A stretch of 64,000 nt of DNA from Lytechinus pictus (lineage: Eukaryota), in contig NC_087252.1 of NCBI RefSeq assembly GCF_037042905.1, forward strand, positions 7,938,001 to 8,002,000. The letters are read 5' to 3'. Positions 13,440-24,914 of the stretch are shown one piece after another. The notes under the pieces are model-generated. The model was given only the letters and a program-made list of their open reading frames with translations, did not search any database and had not been told where the DNA came from. Each line of letters starts with the position of its first letter. The stretch's first letter is position 1. Position numbers and translations under genes: made by a program.

Positions 13440-15235
13440 GAGCGATAAATGAATTGTGAGTGTGCACATGCGCGTTCCGAAGTGAGTGCGAGAAAGGGGG
13501 AGTTGAGGAGAAGAGATAGAGAATGTTGTGAGATAGAGGGGAGTTTGTCGTGGGTATGGATATGTGTGTGAGTGTGGGTGTGTGTCTGTGAATGCCAGAG
13601 AGAGAATGAGGGGGGGGGGGGGCGTTGGAAAATGTGTAAAAGATGGGGTATAAAAGGAGGAGAGATAGAGACTGGAATATTAAAGTTAAAACTTTTATGA
13701 GAAAAAAGTGTGTGTGGGTGTAGATGCGGGTGAGAGAGAGCACGCGATAGAGAGAATGAGAATGTGAAAAAGAGTGAGTGTGTGAGAGAGAGGGAGAGAG
13801 CGTAACAGAAAAGATCACGACAGGTGTGTGCGAGAGAGGCAGAGTTTGTATGAGGAGAGTGTGGGTGTGGGTGAGAGAGTGGGGATCAAAACGTGTGTGT
13901 GTGAGAGAGAGGGGGTGTTTAAAGGGGGAGAGGTTGATACTGATATGTGTGAGAGATGAAGAGTTTGTATGAGGAGTGTGTGGGTGGGTGTGGGTGAGAG
14001 AGAGAGAATGGTAGAAAAGTCTGTGAGAGAGGTTGGGGTATAATGGAAAGATAGAGACTGGTGTATGAAAGAGGAGGGAGTGGTGCATGAGGATAGAGGG
14101 TGTGGGGTGGGTGTGGTTGAGAGAGAGAGAGATTGAATGGTGGAAAGGAGTGTGTTAGAGAGAAGGACGTTATAAGAGGGGAGATATAGACTGATGTATG
14201 AAAGATATGAAGAGTTTGCAGGAGGTGTGTATGTGTGTGGGTGGGTGTTGGTGCGAGATAGTGGGGAAAGAATGAGTGTGTAAGAGAAGGGGAGTGTAAA
14301 AGGAGAAGAGATCGAGACCTTTGTGTGTGAAAGAGGAAGAGTTTGTACGATTGTATGAGGAGAAAGAGTAGGTGGTGTGGGTGAGAGAGGTACAATGGTG
14401 GAAAAGAGTGAGTGTGTGTGAGAGAGAGGTGGGGCATGAAGGAGACAGAGACTGGTGTAAGAAAGGGGAGTTCATATGAGGGGCAGAAAGAGAGTGTGGC
14501 CGGGTGTGTGAGGGAGAAAGAGGGACATGGAAAACAGCGAGTGTGGGAGAAGGGGAATGAGACTGGTGTATGAAAGAGAGTTAGAAGGGGTGGGGGGGGG
14601 GGAATGTGAGTGACAGAGACATTGGTAGAAAATAGTATGAATGGGGAAGAACTAAAGGGGAGAAATGGAGACTGGTGTATGAAAGAGGGGGACGAATCTG
14701 TATGGTGGGGGGGGGGTGTCAGGGAGGTGGGGAATACGACAGAACTCGAACATGGAGACACGAGTATTTGAAAAAGGGAAAGTCTGACTGAAAATAAGGA
14801 AGTCTTTTAATAGTAAAATGAACGATTTGAGTTCTTTACTCCCTCTTTCTCTCACGCACGTACACACTCACCTTACATCCACACACTCCCACTCCACCCC
14901 TCTCACATAAACACCATATCTATTTCATGTCTCAAACACACATGCTCTCTCTCTCTCTCTCATTTCTCTTGATCTATTTCCCTCTCTCTCACCGCACCCC
15001 ATCTCAAACACACACTCACACTCTCGTAAGTTATTTCCCTCTCTCAATTCACATATTTTCTCTTCCCCCGTCTCTCATACAGACTGTCTTTCTCGACCTC
15101 CCATACACGCTCGGTCTTTTCCTTTCCCCTCATATCATACTCTCTCTATCTTCCTCTTTCCCTCGTTCTCTTTATCATACACCCCCTCCATTTCCCGATC
15201 TAAATCTCTCTCTCTCTCCCTTCCCATTTCTCTAA
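13440..15235. repeat. GA/GT-rich degenerate minisatellite that switches to CT/CA-rich at ~14830
   Basis: Recurrent gagactggtgtatgaaag and gagtttgtatgaggag motifs. Confidence 0.75.
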
Positions 15236-15511
15236 CTTTAAAATTTACGTCTAACAAAATAAAAAATACCCATCAAGCATGTTTAATTAATCAATTTTTA
15301 TATCAAAAATATTTTTCTGTATCGAGTTTTCAAGAAATGAAACTAAGTGACATAACAGAACATAACATTTCCCACCTTCATCCTGAGAGGTGGTGGTGAA
15401 ATAATAAATGTCAAGGTGATCATTACACTTTTTCATCAAATCATTCTCCAACTTAAAAAAAACAACAAACAAACCTGCAGTCACACCATGGTCTGCCCAA
15501 GAGGCCTAGGA

Positions 15512-15709
15512 CATGGTGACACGACCTTTTCTCTGGCGACAATTACTCTGGCTTTGTTTGGTCTAAGATAGAGGGTTAGGGTTGCAATAGGGTTTTATGT
15601 TAGGTTTAGGGTAGGGTATAGTGTTAAACTCAGGGTTGACGTTGGTCATTTGATTAGTGTGTGGAATTTTGAGCCGAGCAATTGTCGCCAGAGCAAATGT
15701 CATGGAACC
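15512..15709. mobile_element. MITE-like repeat with TTAGGG-like core
   Basis: Inverted arms ctctggcgacaatt / aattgtcgccagag around agggttagggtt...; a diverged inverted copy lies at ~31328-31513. Confidence 0.6.
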
Positions 15710-15822
15710 CATGATTAATGTTCGTCTACATCAAAAATTATTTATGCTTTAATAGCTGCTAATCTCACAAACCTTGCTTTTGGTTTCAAAACATGCACCA
15801 AAGGTGTATAGTTGACTTCTTT

Positions 15823-16449
15823 GCCCCGTATTCTGAAGTCAGGTTTAACTTAGACCATGGTCTAACTCTGTGCTAAAATTATGGGGAGCCATAAGTGTCA
15901 AAATTTTTATTAAGTTGTATGTTTTTTATTTTTACTGTGCTCTTTCCTGATTCATCGATGGTGAAGACAATCATTTATTTATACTTCCTAGATAATTATG
16001 AATAATTTGAGAGCCAAATGAGCTGAAATATGATACATCTATCTTTAGTGATTTATGTAACCGTTGGTTATCCATACTTAAACCACAACTTTAAACCTGA
16101 GTTTAACCCTAATTCTCCCGGGGGGGGGGGGCATAATGGCCCCCCCCCCTCGACAATTTTTGCGATATATCTGCTGCGCAAATTTTTTTGACTTTTTACT
16201 TTCAAGTCTCGCGCAAATTTTGAGACTAAATTTGTGACGCCCGGGTACGCGGTTACGACATTACGCAACATTATGTAAGTGCATGTCAGACCCAAAATTG
16301 CTCATAAACGTGATTTCATGTACAAATCCAATGCAAATTGTGTATTTAGCCAAAATTCATAAATGTATCTTTATTTCCACTTTTACTGATTAAACTTAAT
16401 ACCCCGGGAAATTTAGGATTAAGTTAAACCCGACTTCAGAATATTGGCC
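15823..16449. mobile_element. MITE (tattctgaagtc...gacttcagaata) carrying a nested TTAA element at 16107-16418
   Basis: TIRs present; an uninterrupted copy lies at 20714-21002; the insert is bounded by TTAA at 16103 and 16419 with CCCT...AGGA ends (piggyBac-like). Confidence 0.75.
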
Positions 16450-16515
16450 TATGTGGTTAAAATGACAATGTTTCCTAGGGTTTACATGAATAAGTTTACA
16501 TTCATGATAGATCAA

Positions 16516-16760
16516 GGGCCAATCTTACAAAGAGTCATAACTTACAACAATGTCATAACTTTTTCTAATGGAAATTAGGACAATGTTCTTTATAAACAAA
16601 GAGAAGCACACTCAATTGTTAAAGATATTGATGAATGTATGAATATCCATTATATCTGAATAAATATTTTAAACAAACATGCATTTGAGATGTTGACATT
16701 GATGGCTTTCCATAGTTGTGGTAGATCGAACCAATCGTAACTCTTTGTAAGACGGGGCCC
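16516..16760. mobile_element. MITE gggcc..tcttacaaagag / ctctttgtaagacggggccc
   Basis: TIRs; other copies at ~20388-20649, and partial ones at ~19930, ~21100-21177 and ~40497. Confidence 0.7.
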
Positions 16761-16940
16761 CAGATCATCAGGCTAAGAGGAAAAACGTTTGAAGACAAAC
16801 GTATGTAACACTTGACCTCCCTGTCACACCGATGAACAGACTCTAATCTGAATGCTAGTACGTCATTGGTATCAGAGTTTGATGGTTTGGAGACAACTTC
16901 ACCAGTTTGACTGTGACAAGAATTTGCAATCAATACTTAA

Positions 16941-17530
16941 AGGTCAAGTCCACTACACAAAAATGTTGATTTGAATAAATAGAGAAAAATCAAACTAGCA
17001 AAATGCTGAAAATTTCATCAAAATCGGATGTAAAATAAGAAAGTTATGACATTTTAAAGTTTTGCTTATTTTTCACATAACATTCATATGCACAACTCAA
17101 ATGGGACAGTCGATGATGTCCCTCACTCACTATTTCTTTTGTTTTTTATTGTTTGAATGATACAATATTTCATTTTTTATAGATTTGACAACAAGGACCA
17201 ACTTGACTGAACCATACAGTAGTAAAAAAATGCTAATTCCACATGTTCAGGGAGGAATTAATTGTTGTATCACTCGACAATGAGGAGAAAATTAGAATAT
17301 TTCATATTTCGTATAATAAAATACAAACGAAATAGTGAGTGGATGATGTCATCAGTCTCCTCATTTGCATACCAGCCGGAATGTGCATATAACTCTTTTG
17401 TGAAATTAAGCGAAACTTTAAAATGTCATAACTTTTTTATTTTACATCCGATTTTGATGAAATTTTCAGTGTTAGGCTTGTTGAATTTTTCTCTTTTTAT
17501 TCAAATCAATTTTTTGTTGGAGTGGGTCCT
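16941..17530. mobile_element. TTAA-flanked palindromic MITE (Kolobok-like AG...CT ends)
   Basis: TTAA at 16937 and 17531; long inverted arms (aaaatttcatcaaaatcggatgtaaaataag); several copies in this window. Confidence 0.8.
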
Positions 17531-17667
17531 TTAAACAAATTTATGACCAAAATCAATCTTGGGGGATGTAATAAATAGCACTTTGACAATCGATGGCAGG
17601 CGGGTGTTTCATAAAGCCGTTTATAAGTTACAAGCGCCTTGACTGGTGATCCTTTTCTGATAACACC

Positions 17668-17800
17668 TGGGTTCCGTAACACAAAGGTTAGCGATTAATC
17701 ATACGCTTGATTTTCACGATTGATTGTGTATTGTAGTCAATGGAATCAATCGTAGAAAAGTGTTTCTACGATCATTGCTAAGCTCTGTGTTACGGGCTCC
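17668..17800. mobile_element. Short MITE (ccgtaacacaaaggttagcgat ... gctaagctctgtgttacggg)
   Basis: TIRs; second copy at ~62139-62236. Confidence 0.65.
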
Positions 17801-18346
17801 TGATTTGGTAATGGTATTGATTTAGCTCCTGAGAAGGGTCACCAGTTTTTCGTAAAGTCGCTCGTAACCCCGGTGTAGTGGTCCACCTGCATTCCCCCAA
17901 TCAGTTATATCGGGAGGAGAGACCTGCGGGTCACAGTTCTGTTTGCGCGACTTCTAGGCGACCCAGATTGGCTGGCTCCTCCCAAAAAGCGCCTTTAAAT
18001 GTCTTTGATAGATATATGGCGCTATACAAATGCTGTGCATCATCATCATCATCATCATCATCAAATTACAAACAGCTTTATGAAACGCCTACCTGGTATG
18101 ATTGTTTTTTTGCAACAGGAATCAGAGGTGTATTTCTATCTGCATTTATTCTTTTAATTTGTTATTTTATCCATTCATTCATGTATTCATTTCATTTATA
18201 ACAAATGATGAAAATCAGCAGAGTAGAACACTTTTTGCCAGGCAAATGGTTTATCAAGTGTGTAAATCTACTCATGATCAATGCCATGATTTCAGTCAAA
18301 GGTAACTCTGCTGAAGTCAAATCTTTTGGGTCCACAGAAATATGTA

Positions 18347-18561
18347 CACAGCAAAGACTGTGGCGTTAACCGGTGTACATAGAGGACCACACCAGTTTAG
18401 TGTTAGTTTAACAGCTATAGGTGTTATACAGTACCTTTGGTTGTTACATTTACACTCTTTGGTGTTATGTTCAATCTCTAGGGTGTGATTTTAACACCTC
18501 AGGGCGTGGTCCTCGATTAGAACCAACTGGTGTCAGTTTTAACACCACAGTTTTTACAGTG
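18347..18561. mobile_element. TA-flanked MITE with CAC...GTG termini
   Basis: cacagcaaagactgtggcgttaa is inverted by ttaacaccacagtttttacagtg; TA on both sides. Confidence 0.7.
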
Positions 18562-18745
18562 TACCACTTAAGAGCGATTCGACTAAAAAGAGGTTGTAAC
18601 ACATGTTTATAACTAATAAAGACTCTGTAACATAAAAGATACAATTGATTGCACAATTGAGCATAACTGTAAGTATTTGACATATCGTGTACAAACAGAT
18701 AAAACTAATATTAAATATTAAGCATATCTGTTTAGTTTACAGCCC

Positions 18746-18930
18746 CAGGGGGTGTTTCGCAAAGATTTAAGCATGACTTAGAATGGCACTTAAATGCCTG
18801 ATATATAAAAGGCTTGACCACATTGGTCAGATTATGCCAAGAGGATGCACACTACATAAGATTATCATGTACGCGTAAGCATTTAAGTGAGACTCTAAGT
18901 CAGACTTAAATCTTTGTGAAACACCCCCTG
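18746..18930. mobile_element. Hairpin MITE (cagggggtgtttcgcaaagatttaag ...)
   Basis: Inverted arms of ~35-50 bp. Confidence 0.7.
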
Positions 18931-19085
18931 GTCTAGAAAATTGCACCGACTAAGGTGAATAACAGACCTATTAGAAGGCCTGTTAACTAAAAAAAGTTCA
19001 CCTGTACCTGCAGCAACACTCCTATGACTTTTATCCATCACATTGAAAGATAATTTTCTTTTAAAGGAATATTAGCACACTAATA

Positions 19086-19568
19086 TGCTTTTCACAATGC
19101 ACTTTTTTTCCTTAACCCTGGGAAATTGGTGGGGCTAAGGGGGGGTCTTAGCCCCACCAATTTCCCAAGGTTAAGCTTAGCCCACTTCGTTTTCACACTA
19201 CTTTTTAGCAAAGTGGGCTAGCACGGTAAATAGTACGGTACTATCTGGCCCTGCAAAAAAGCAGGGTTAGCCGGCTTATTGTGGTGCTAGCACCACAATT
19301 GCGGTGCTAAGAGAATGCAGTGTGAAAACGAACAGGGCTAAGGAATGTGGGGCTAAGCATTTAGCCAATCACGGAAGTCGAATTGCACGTTAATCACGCT
19401 CTGTATGGTAAAATCATCAATATTCATGAGTTGAGGGATAGTCCGGGGTTAATGCATTATCCCCGGCTGAGCAGATAGTATGGGGTTAAGAAAGACAGTG
19501 TGAATCGAAAAAAAGATAGTATGGGGTTAAGGATAGTCCGGGGTTAAGGAAATGCAGTGTGAAAAGCA
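19086..19568. mobile_element. MITE (tgcttttcacaatgca ... tgcagtgtgaaaagca) with internal ggggctaag/ggggttaag repeats
   Basis: TIRs plus repeated subterminal motifs. Confidence 0.7.
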
Positions 19569-21184
19569 ATTTACAGTATTTGTTTACCTTAAGCATTGAG
19601 TTGGAAGATATTTCTGTTAGTGTTATATAAAACTTTCACTGAATGCAAATCCTGATAATGGATTGACAGTTGTCATTGAGTTAATATAAATATTGTGAAT
19701 GCCTACTCACAGTTGTTATGGAACACATTTCTTATCTGCAACTGCAATATACCCATGGAAATTCTTGTCTCTACCATTATCTACCATTATAAGCCAACCG
19801 ATTTAAAAATAAAGATTTTGATTGGAACTACATTTCACAGAGATTTTATCCTGGCAGGGCTACTTCTATTTTTGATATTTTGAACCAGCAAAATAAAAAA
19901 TGTAACTGAGTTCAATTGTTTTAGAGGTTGCATCAACTCTTTGTAAGACGGGGCCCAGAATTAATATAATTTCAGAAGACAATATTTTGCCTACAGAATG
20001 GTGCAAAAACAACGAAAATTGAATAAAATAAGAACATCATGATAGTTTATGAAATTCTATATATTTGTGGGAATGCATTTCCTCACCATTCTCTATGAAT
20101 ATCTAAGTGAGGGAGTTGATGTCATTCTCTCACACTTTTTCTAAAATCTTCTATTTCAGGTTTGCGAGGGTAGAGCGTGCAGATCGTTTCGAGTGGGGTA
20201 TTGTGCCACAGAACTCATGAATAATTCATTAACCATGTACTGCATGCAGCTGTTTGCGTAGCATGCACAATTCACTCATACAGGAAAAGTAACTGGAAAC
20301 CTTTCCTTATGTGGAGATCAGAAGATTCCCAGCACGTAGCCCCTTGCTCCGTCTCTCTGGCATTGAAGAGCACCACAAACACCAAGTACCTGTCTTACAG
20401 CAAATTATGATTGATCCAATCAATCGTAACTCTATGGAAATCCATCAGTGTCATCATTTTTTATAGGAAATTTGCAAAATGTCCTTTGTTAACAAATGAC
20501 ACACCAAACTGTCAAGAAATCAATGAATTTATGGATATACATTCATATCAAGAATTTTTTTAACAAACATATTTCATATGTTGACTTTGCTGGCTTTCCA
20601 TAGTTGTGATTGGTCAGATCAATCGCAACTCTTTGTAAGACGAGGCCCTGATCAGTCTGAACTATGGAAATCAATCAATGTCATATTTCTTCATAAAGGA
20701 AATGTACACAATGGCCCTTATTCTGAAGTCATGTTTAACTTAGACCATGGTCTAGCTCTGTGCTAAAATTATGGGAAGCCAAAAGTGTGTTTCTTATTTT
20801 TACTGGGCTCTTTCCTGATTCATAGATGGCGAAGACAATCATCTATTTATACTTCCTAGACAATTATGAATGATATGAGAGCCAAATGATCTGAAATAAG
20901 ATACATGTATCTCTACTGTTAGTGATTTATGTAACAATTGGCTATCCATACGTAAACCACAACTTTAAACCTGAGTTTAAACTCTACTTCGGAATATGGG
21001 CCAATGTCTCCTTGGAAACAATGAAGAGTATGTTGATTGTTCAAGACAGTGATGCATGTACGAGTATTTGAAAATTAATTTCAATAACGGATGTACGCAC
21101 TGTGGATGCTGGCATCGCTGGCTTCCCAGAGTTGTGATCGATTGGATCGGTCATAACTCTTTGTATGACAAGGGCCCTATCAGA

Positions 21185-21329
21185 TCACATGACAATAACT
21201 CTCGGTGGGTCACACACATGATGTCCAAATACCACAAACTCTCGCCAGTTGATGTTGTCGAAACGAAGATTATGTCGGCACTGTGGGAAAGACAATCCAA
21301 AGAAGGCTTCCAGTCTGCTCTTCTTCAAC
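21185..21329 (-). CDS. FBXL18: FBXL18-like last exon (LKKSRLEAFFGLSFP...WREFVVFGHHVCDPPRVIVM*)
   Basis: tttttttag acceptor; TGA at 21187-21185; resembles the FBXL18 C-terminus. Confidence 0.82.
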
Positions 21330-24079
21330 CTAAAAAAAGCAACATATCGATAGAAAAGTCATCTTTATCATAATGATAATAACCATTACAATGAACAGTT
21401 CTTAATAATAATAACAATAATTGGCTTTTTATAAAGCGCGGTATCAATCTACAACTACTCAAAGCACAATCATGTAACTGGATTCAGAAGAGTGTTGTGG
21501 CCCAGTGGATTAGTCTCTTGACTTTGAAACAGAGGGTCATGGGTTCAAATCCCAGCCATGGCATAGTGTTCTTCAGCAAGGAATTCATCCACAGTGTGCT
21601 GCACTCAACCCAGGTGAGGTAAATAGGTACCCTGTAGGTATTAATTCCTTGAAATGCGTGTGCGCTGAAAGTAATTACAGCCACCACGCTAAAGCCAGGG
21701 TAACTAGCACATCAATGATGTGGAGCTCATCCGGCATCTCGCAACGAGATTTAACACAATTTTAATTTCAGCCCAGTTAACACTGTAGTGAATTACATTG
21801 GTGACATAAATTCAGGATATAGAATTGAAATTGATGAAGAAATGACATAGAAGCATTTTTTGTGATCTATGAATAAATTTCATATAAATTACCGGTAAGC
21901 ATAAATAATTTTCTAGTCAAAATTTCTAAACTCTGTGTAGAACCTTGGTGAACCTCATGGAGCTCTCAGATGGAACAAAAATAATCAAAATCAATAATTA
22001 CTTTTTGTGAGTTTTGAAAATATATGAATAAATTAACATATTTAATGAGTTTCAAAATTCTGTGTTGAAATTTTGTATCTCCACCTCGAGCTATCATATA
22101 TTGAAATTGATCAATAAATGAAGAAGAAAAAACGTTTTTTGTGATTTATGAATAAACTTATCGCATAAATTAGCACAAATAATTTTCTACTGAAAATTTC
22201 AAAATTCTGTGTAGAAGTTTGGTGAACCTCATTAAGTTCTACCAGATGGAAGAAAAAAAAATCAAAATTGGTCAACAATTAAAAAAGAAGAAGCATTTTA
22301 TGTGAATTTTTAAAAATACACATAAATTAGCATATTTAATGAGCTTCAAAATTCTGTGTAGAAGTTTTGAATCCCCTACCTAATGTTATCATATAAAGCA
22401 AACAAAATTGAAATCGATCAATAAATGAAGAAGAAAAAACGTTTTTTGTAATTTATGAATAAACTTTGCATAAATTAGCATAAATAATTTTCTGGACAAA
22501 ATTTCAAAATTTTGTGTACAAGTTTGGTGAACCTTATGCAGCTCTACCAGATGGAAAAAAAATCAAAATCGGTCAACAAATAAAGAAGAAGAGGCATTTT
22601 CTGTAATTTATGAATATATTTCGCATAAATTAGCATACATAATTTTCTACTGAAAATTTCAAAATTCTGTGAAGAAGTTTGGTGAACTTCATAAAGCTCT
22701 ACCAGATGGAAGCAAAAAATTCAAAATCGGTCAATAAATAAAGAAGAAGCATTTTTTGTGAATTTTGAAAAATGCACATAAATTAGCATATTTAATGAGT
22801 TTCAAAATTCTGTGTAGAAGTTTTGAATCCCCTACCTAATGCTATCATATAAAGCAAACAGAATTGAAATCAGACTTGAAATGACAAAGAAGAAGCATTT
22901 TGAAATTCAGTCAACAAATAAAGAGGCATTTTCTGTGATTTATGAATACATTTCGCATAAATTAGCATACATAATTTTCTACTGAAAATTTCAAAATTCT
23001 GTGAAGAAGTTTGGTGAACCTCATTAAATCTCTACCAGATGGAAGCAAAAAATTCAAAATCGGTCAATAAATAAAGAAGAAGCATTTTTAGTGAATTTTG
23101 AAAAATGCGCATAAATTAGCATATTAAATGAGTTTCAAAATTCTGTTAAGAATCCCCCACCTAGTGCTATCATATAAAGCAAACAGAATTGAAATCTGAC
23201 TTGAAATGGCGAAGAAGAAGCATTTTGAAATTGTGGACGGACGACGGACGCCACGCCACAGCATAAGCTCATCTGGCCCTTCGGGCCGGATGAGCTTATG
23301 ATATCCAAGTCCTTTGGAAGCACAGAGATGTTATATTCATGTGATATGTGCTACACAAGAACTGCTTATTATTGCTATTATACCTTTTTTGCAGCCTGTT
23401 AGGCACACACTTCCTAACCAAACCATGATGATGATCGTTTCCTACTGGTACCCAATTAGCACCAGGGTGGAGTGTGGCAAAGAGTGGATTGACACTTTGT
23501 CAAAGGGTGCTAGGCCATGGTGGGATTTGAACACACGACCCTCTGATTACAAGGCGATATAGTCAGAACCGCTTCACTTCTTGTTATGATATAAGATGTC
23601 TCTATGCTCTTCAAATGGACTTGGATATCATAAACCTGGCTTTAGCATGGTACCATAATCATTTACAGTGCACATGCATTTCAAGGAATTAATACCTTCC
23701 TGAAAGGTACCCATTTACCTCACCTGGGATGAGTGCAGCACAATGTGGATAGATATCTTGCGGAAGAAAATTACTCCATGGCTGGGATTTGAACACACAA
23801 CCCTCTGTTTAAAGTCACTAATCCACTGGACCACAACGCTTTACGACTTCTTCTACTCATACCACTTCTTCTCTGACTTACTAATACTACTACTATTACA
23901 ACTACTTTTACTACCACCCCTACAATACTACTACTACTACTTCTTCTACTACTACTAGTACTACTACTACTAGTACTGCTACCTACTACTTTTACTACCA
24001 TTAATACTGCTGCACTTCTACTTTTACTATGACAAACAGTACTATTCTAATACTATTACTACTACTACTGCTACTATTG

Positions 24080-24133
<54 letters not shown>

Positions 24134-24329
24134 TTACAACTACTTTTACTACCACCCCTACAATACTACTACTACTACTTCTACTACTACTTCTTCTACT
24201 ACTACTAGTACTACTACTACTAGTACTGCTACCTACTACTTTTACTACCATTAATACTGCTGCACTTCTACTTTTACTATGACAAACAGTACTATTCTAA
24301 TACTATTACTACTACTACTGCTACTATTG

Positions 24330-24386
<57 letters not shown>

Positions 24387-24672
24387 TTATAACTACTTTT
24401 ACTACCACCCCTACAATACTACTACTACTACTTCTACTACTACTTCTTCTACTACTACTAGTACTACTACTACTAGTACTGCTACCTACTACTTTTACTA
24501 CCATTAATACTGCTGCACTTCTACTTTTACTATGACAAACAGTACTATTCTAATACTATTACTACTACTACTGCTACTATTGCTACTACTACTACTACTA
24601 CTACTACTACGACTAATACTACTACTACTACTACGACTAATACTACTACTTCTACTACTACTACTACTACTT

Positions 24673-24750
<78 letters not shown>

Positions 24751-24783
24751 TTACTACTACTACCACTTCCACGCTACTACCAT

Positions 24784-24846
<63 letters not shown>

Positions 24847-24881
24847 TAATAATACTACTACCACTTCCATGCTACTACCAT

Positions 24882-24914
<33 letters not shown>

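Noticed and set aside
13363..14761. ORFs of 241 and 280 aa rich in H/T/L/S
   Set aside because: Translation of CA/CT low-complexity DNA.
15570..15640. Interstitial telomere
   Set aside because: Only a few degenerate TTAGGG units within a MITE-like repeat.
21487..21560. tRNA gene
   Set aside because: The tRNA-like head continues into a SINE core and tail found in multiple copies; not a free-standing cloverleaf.
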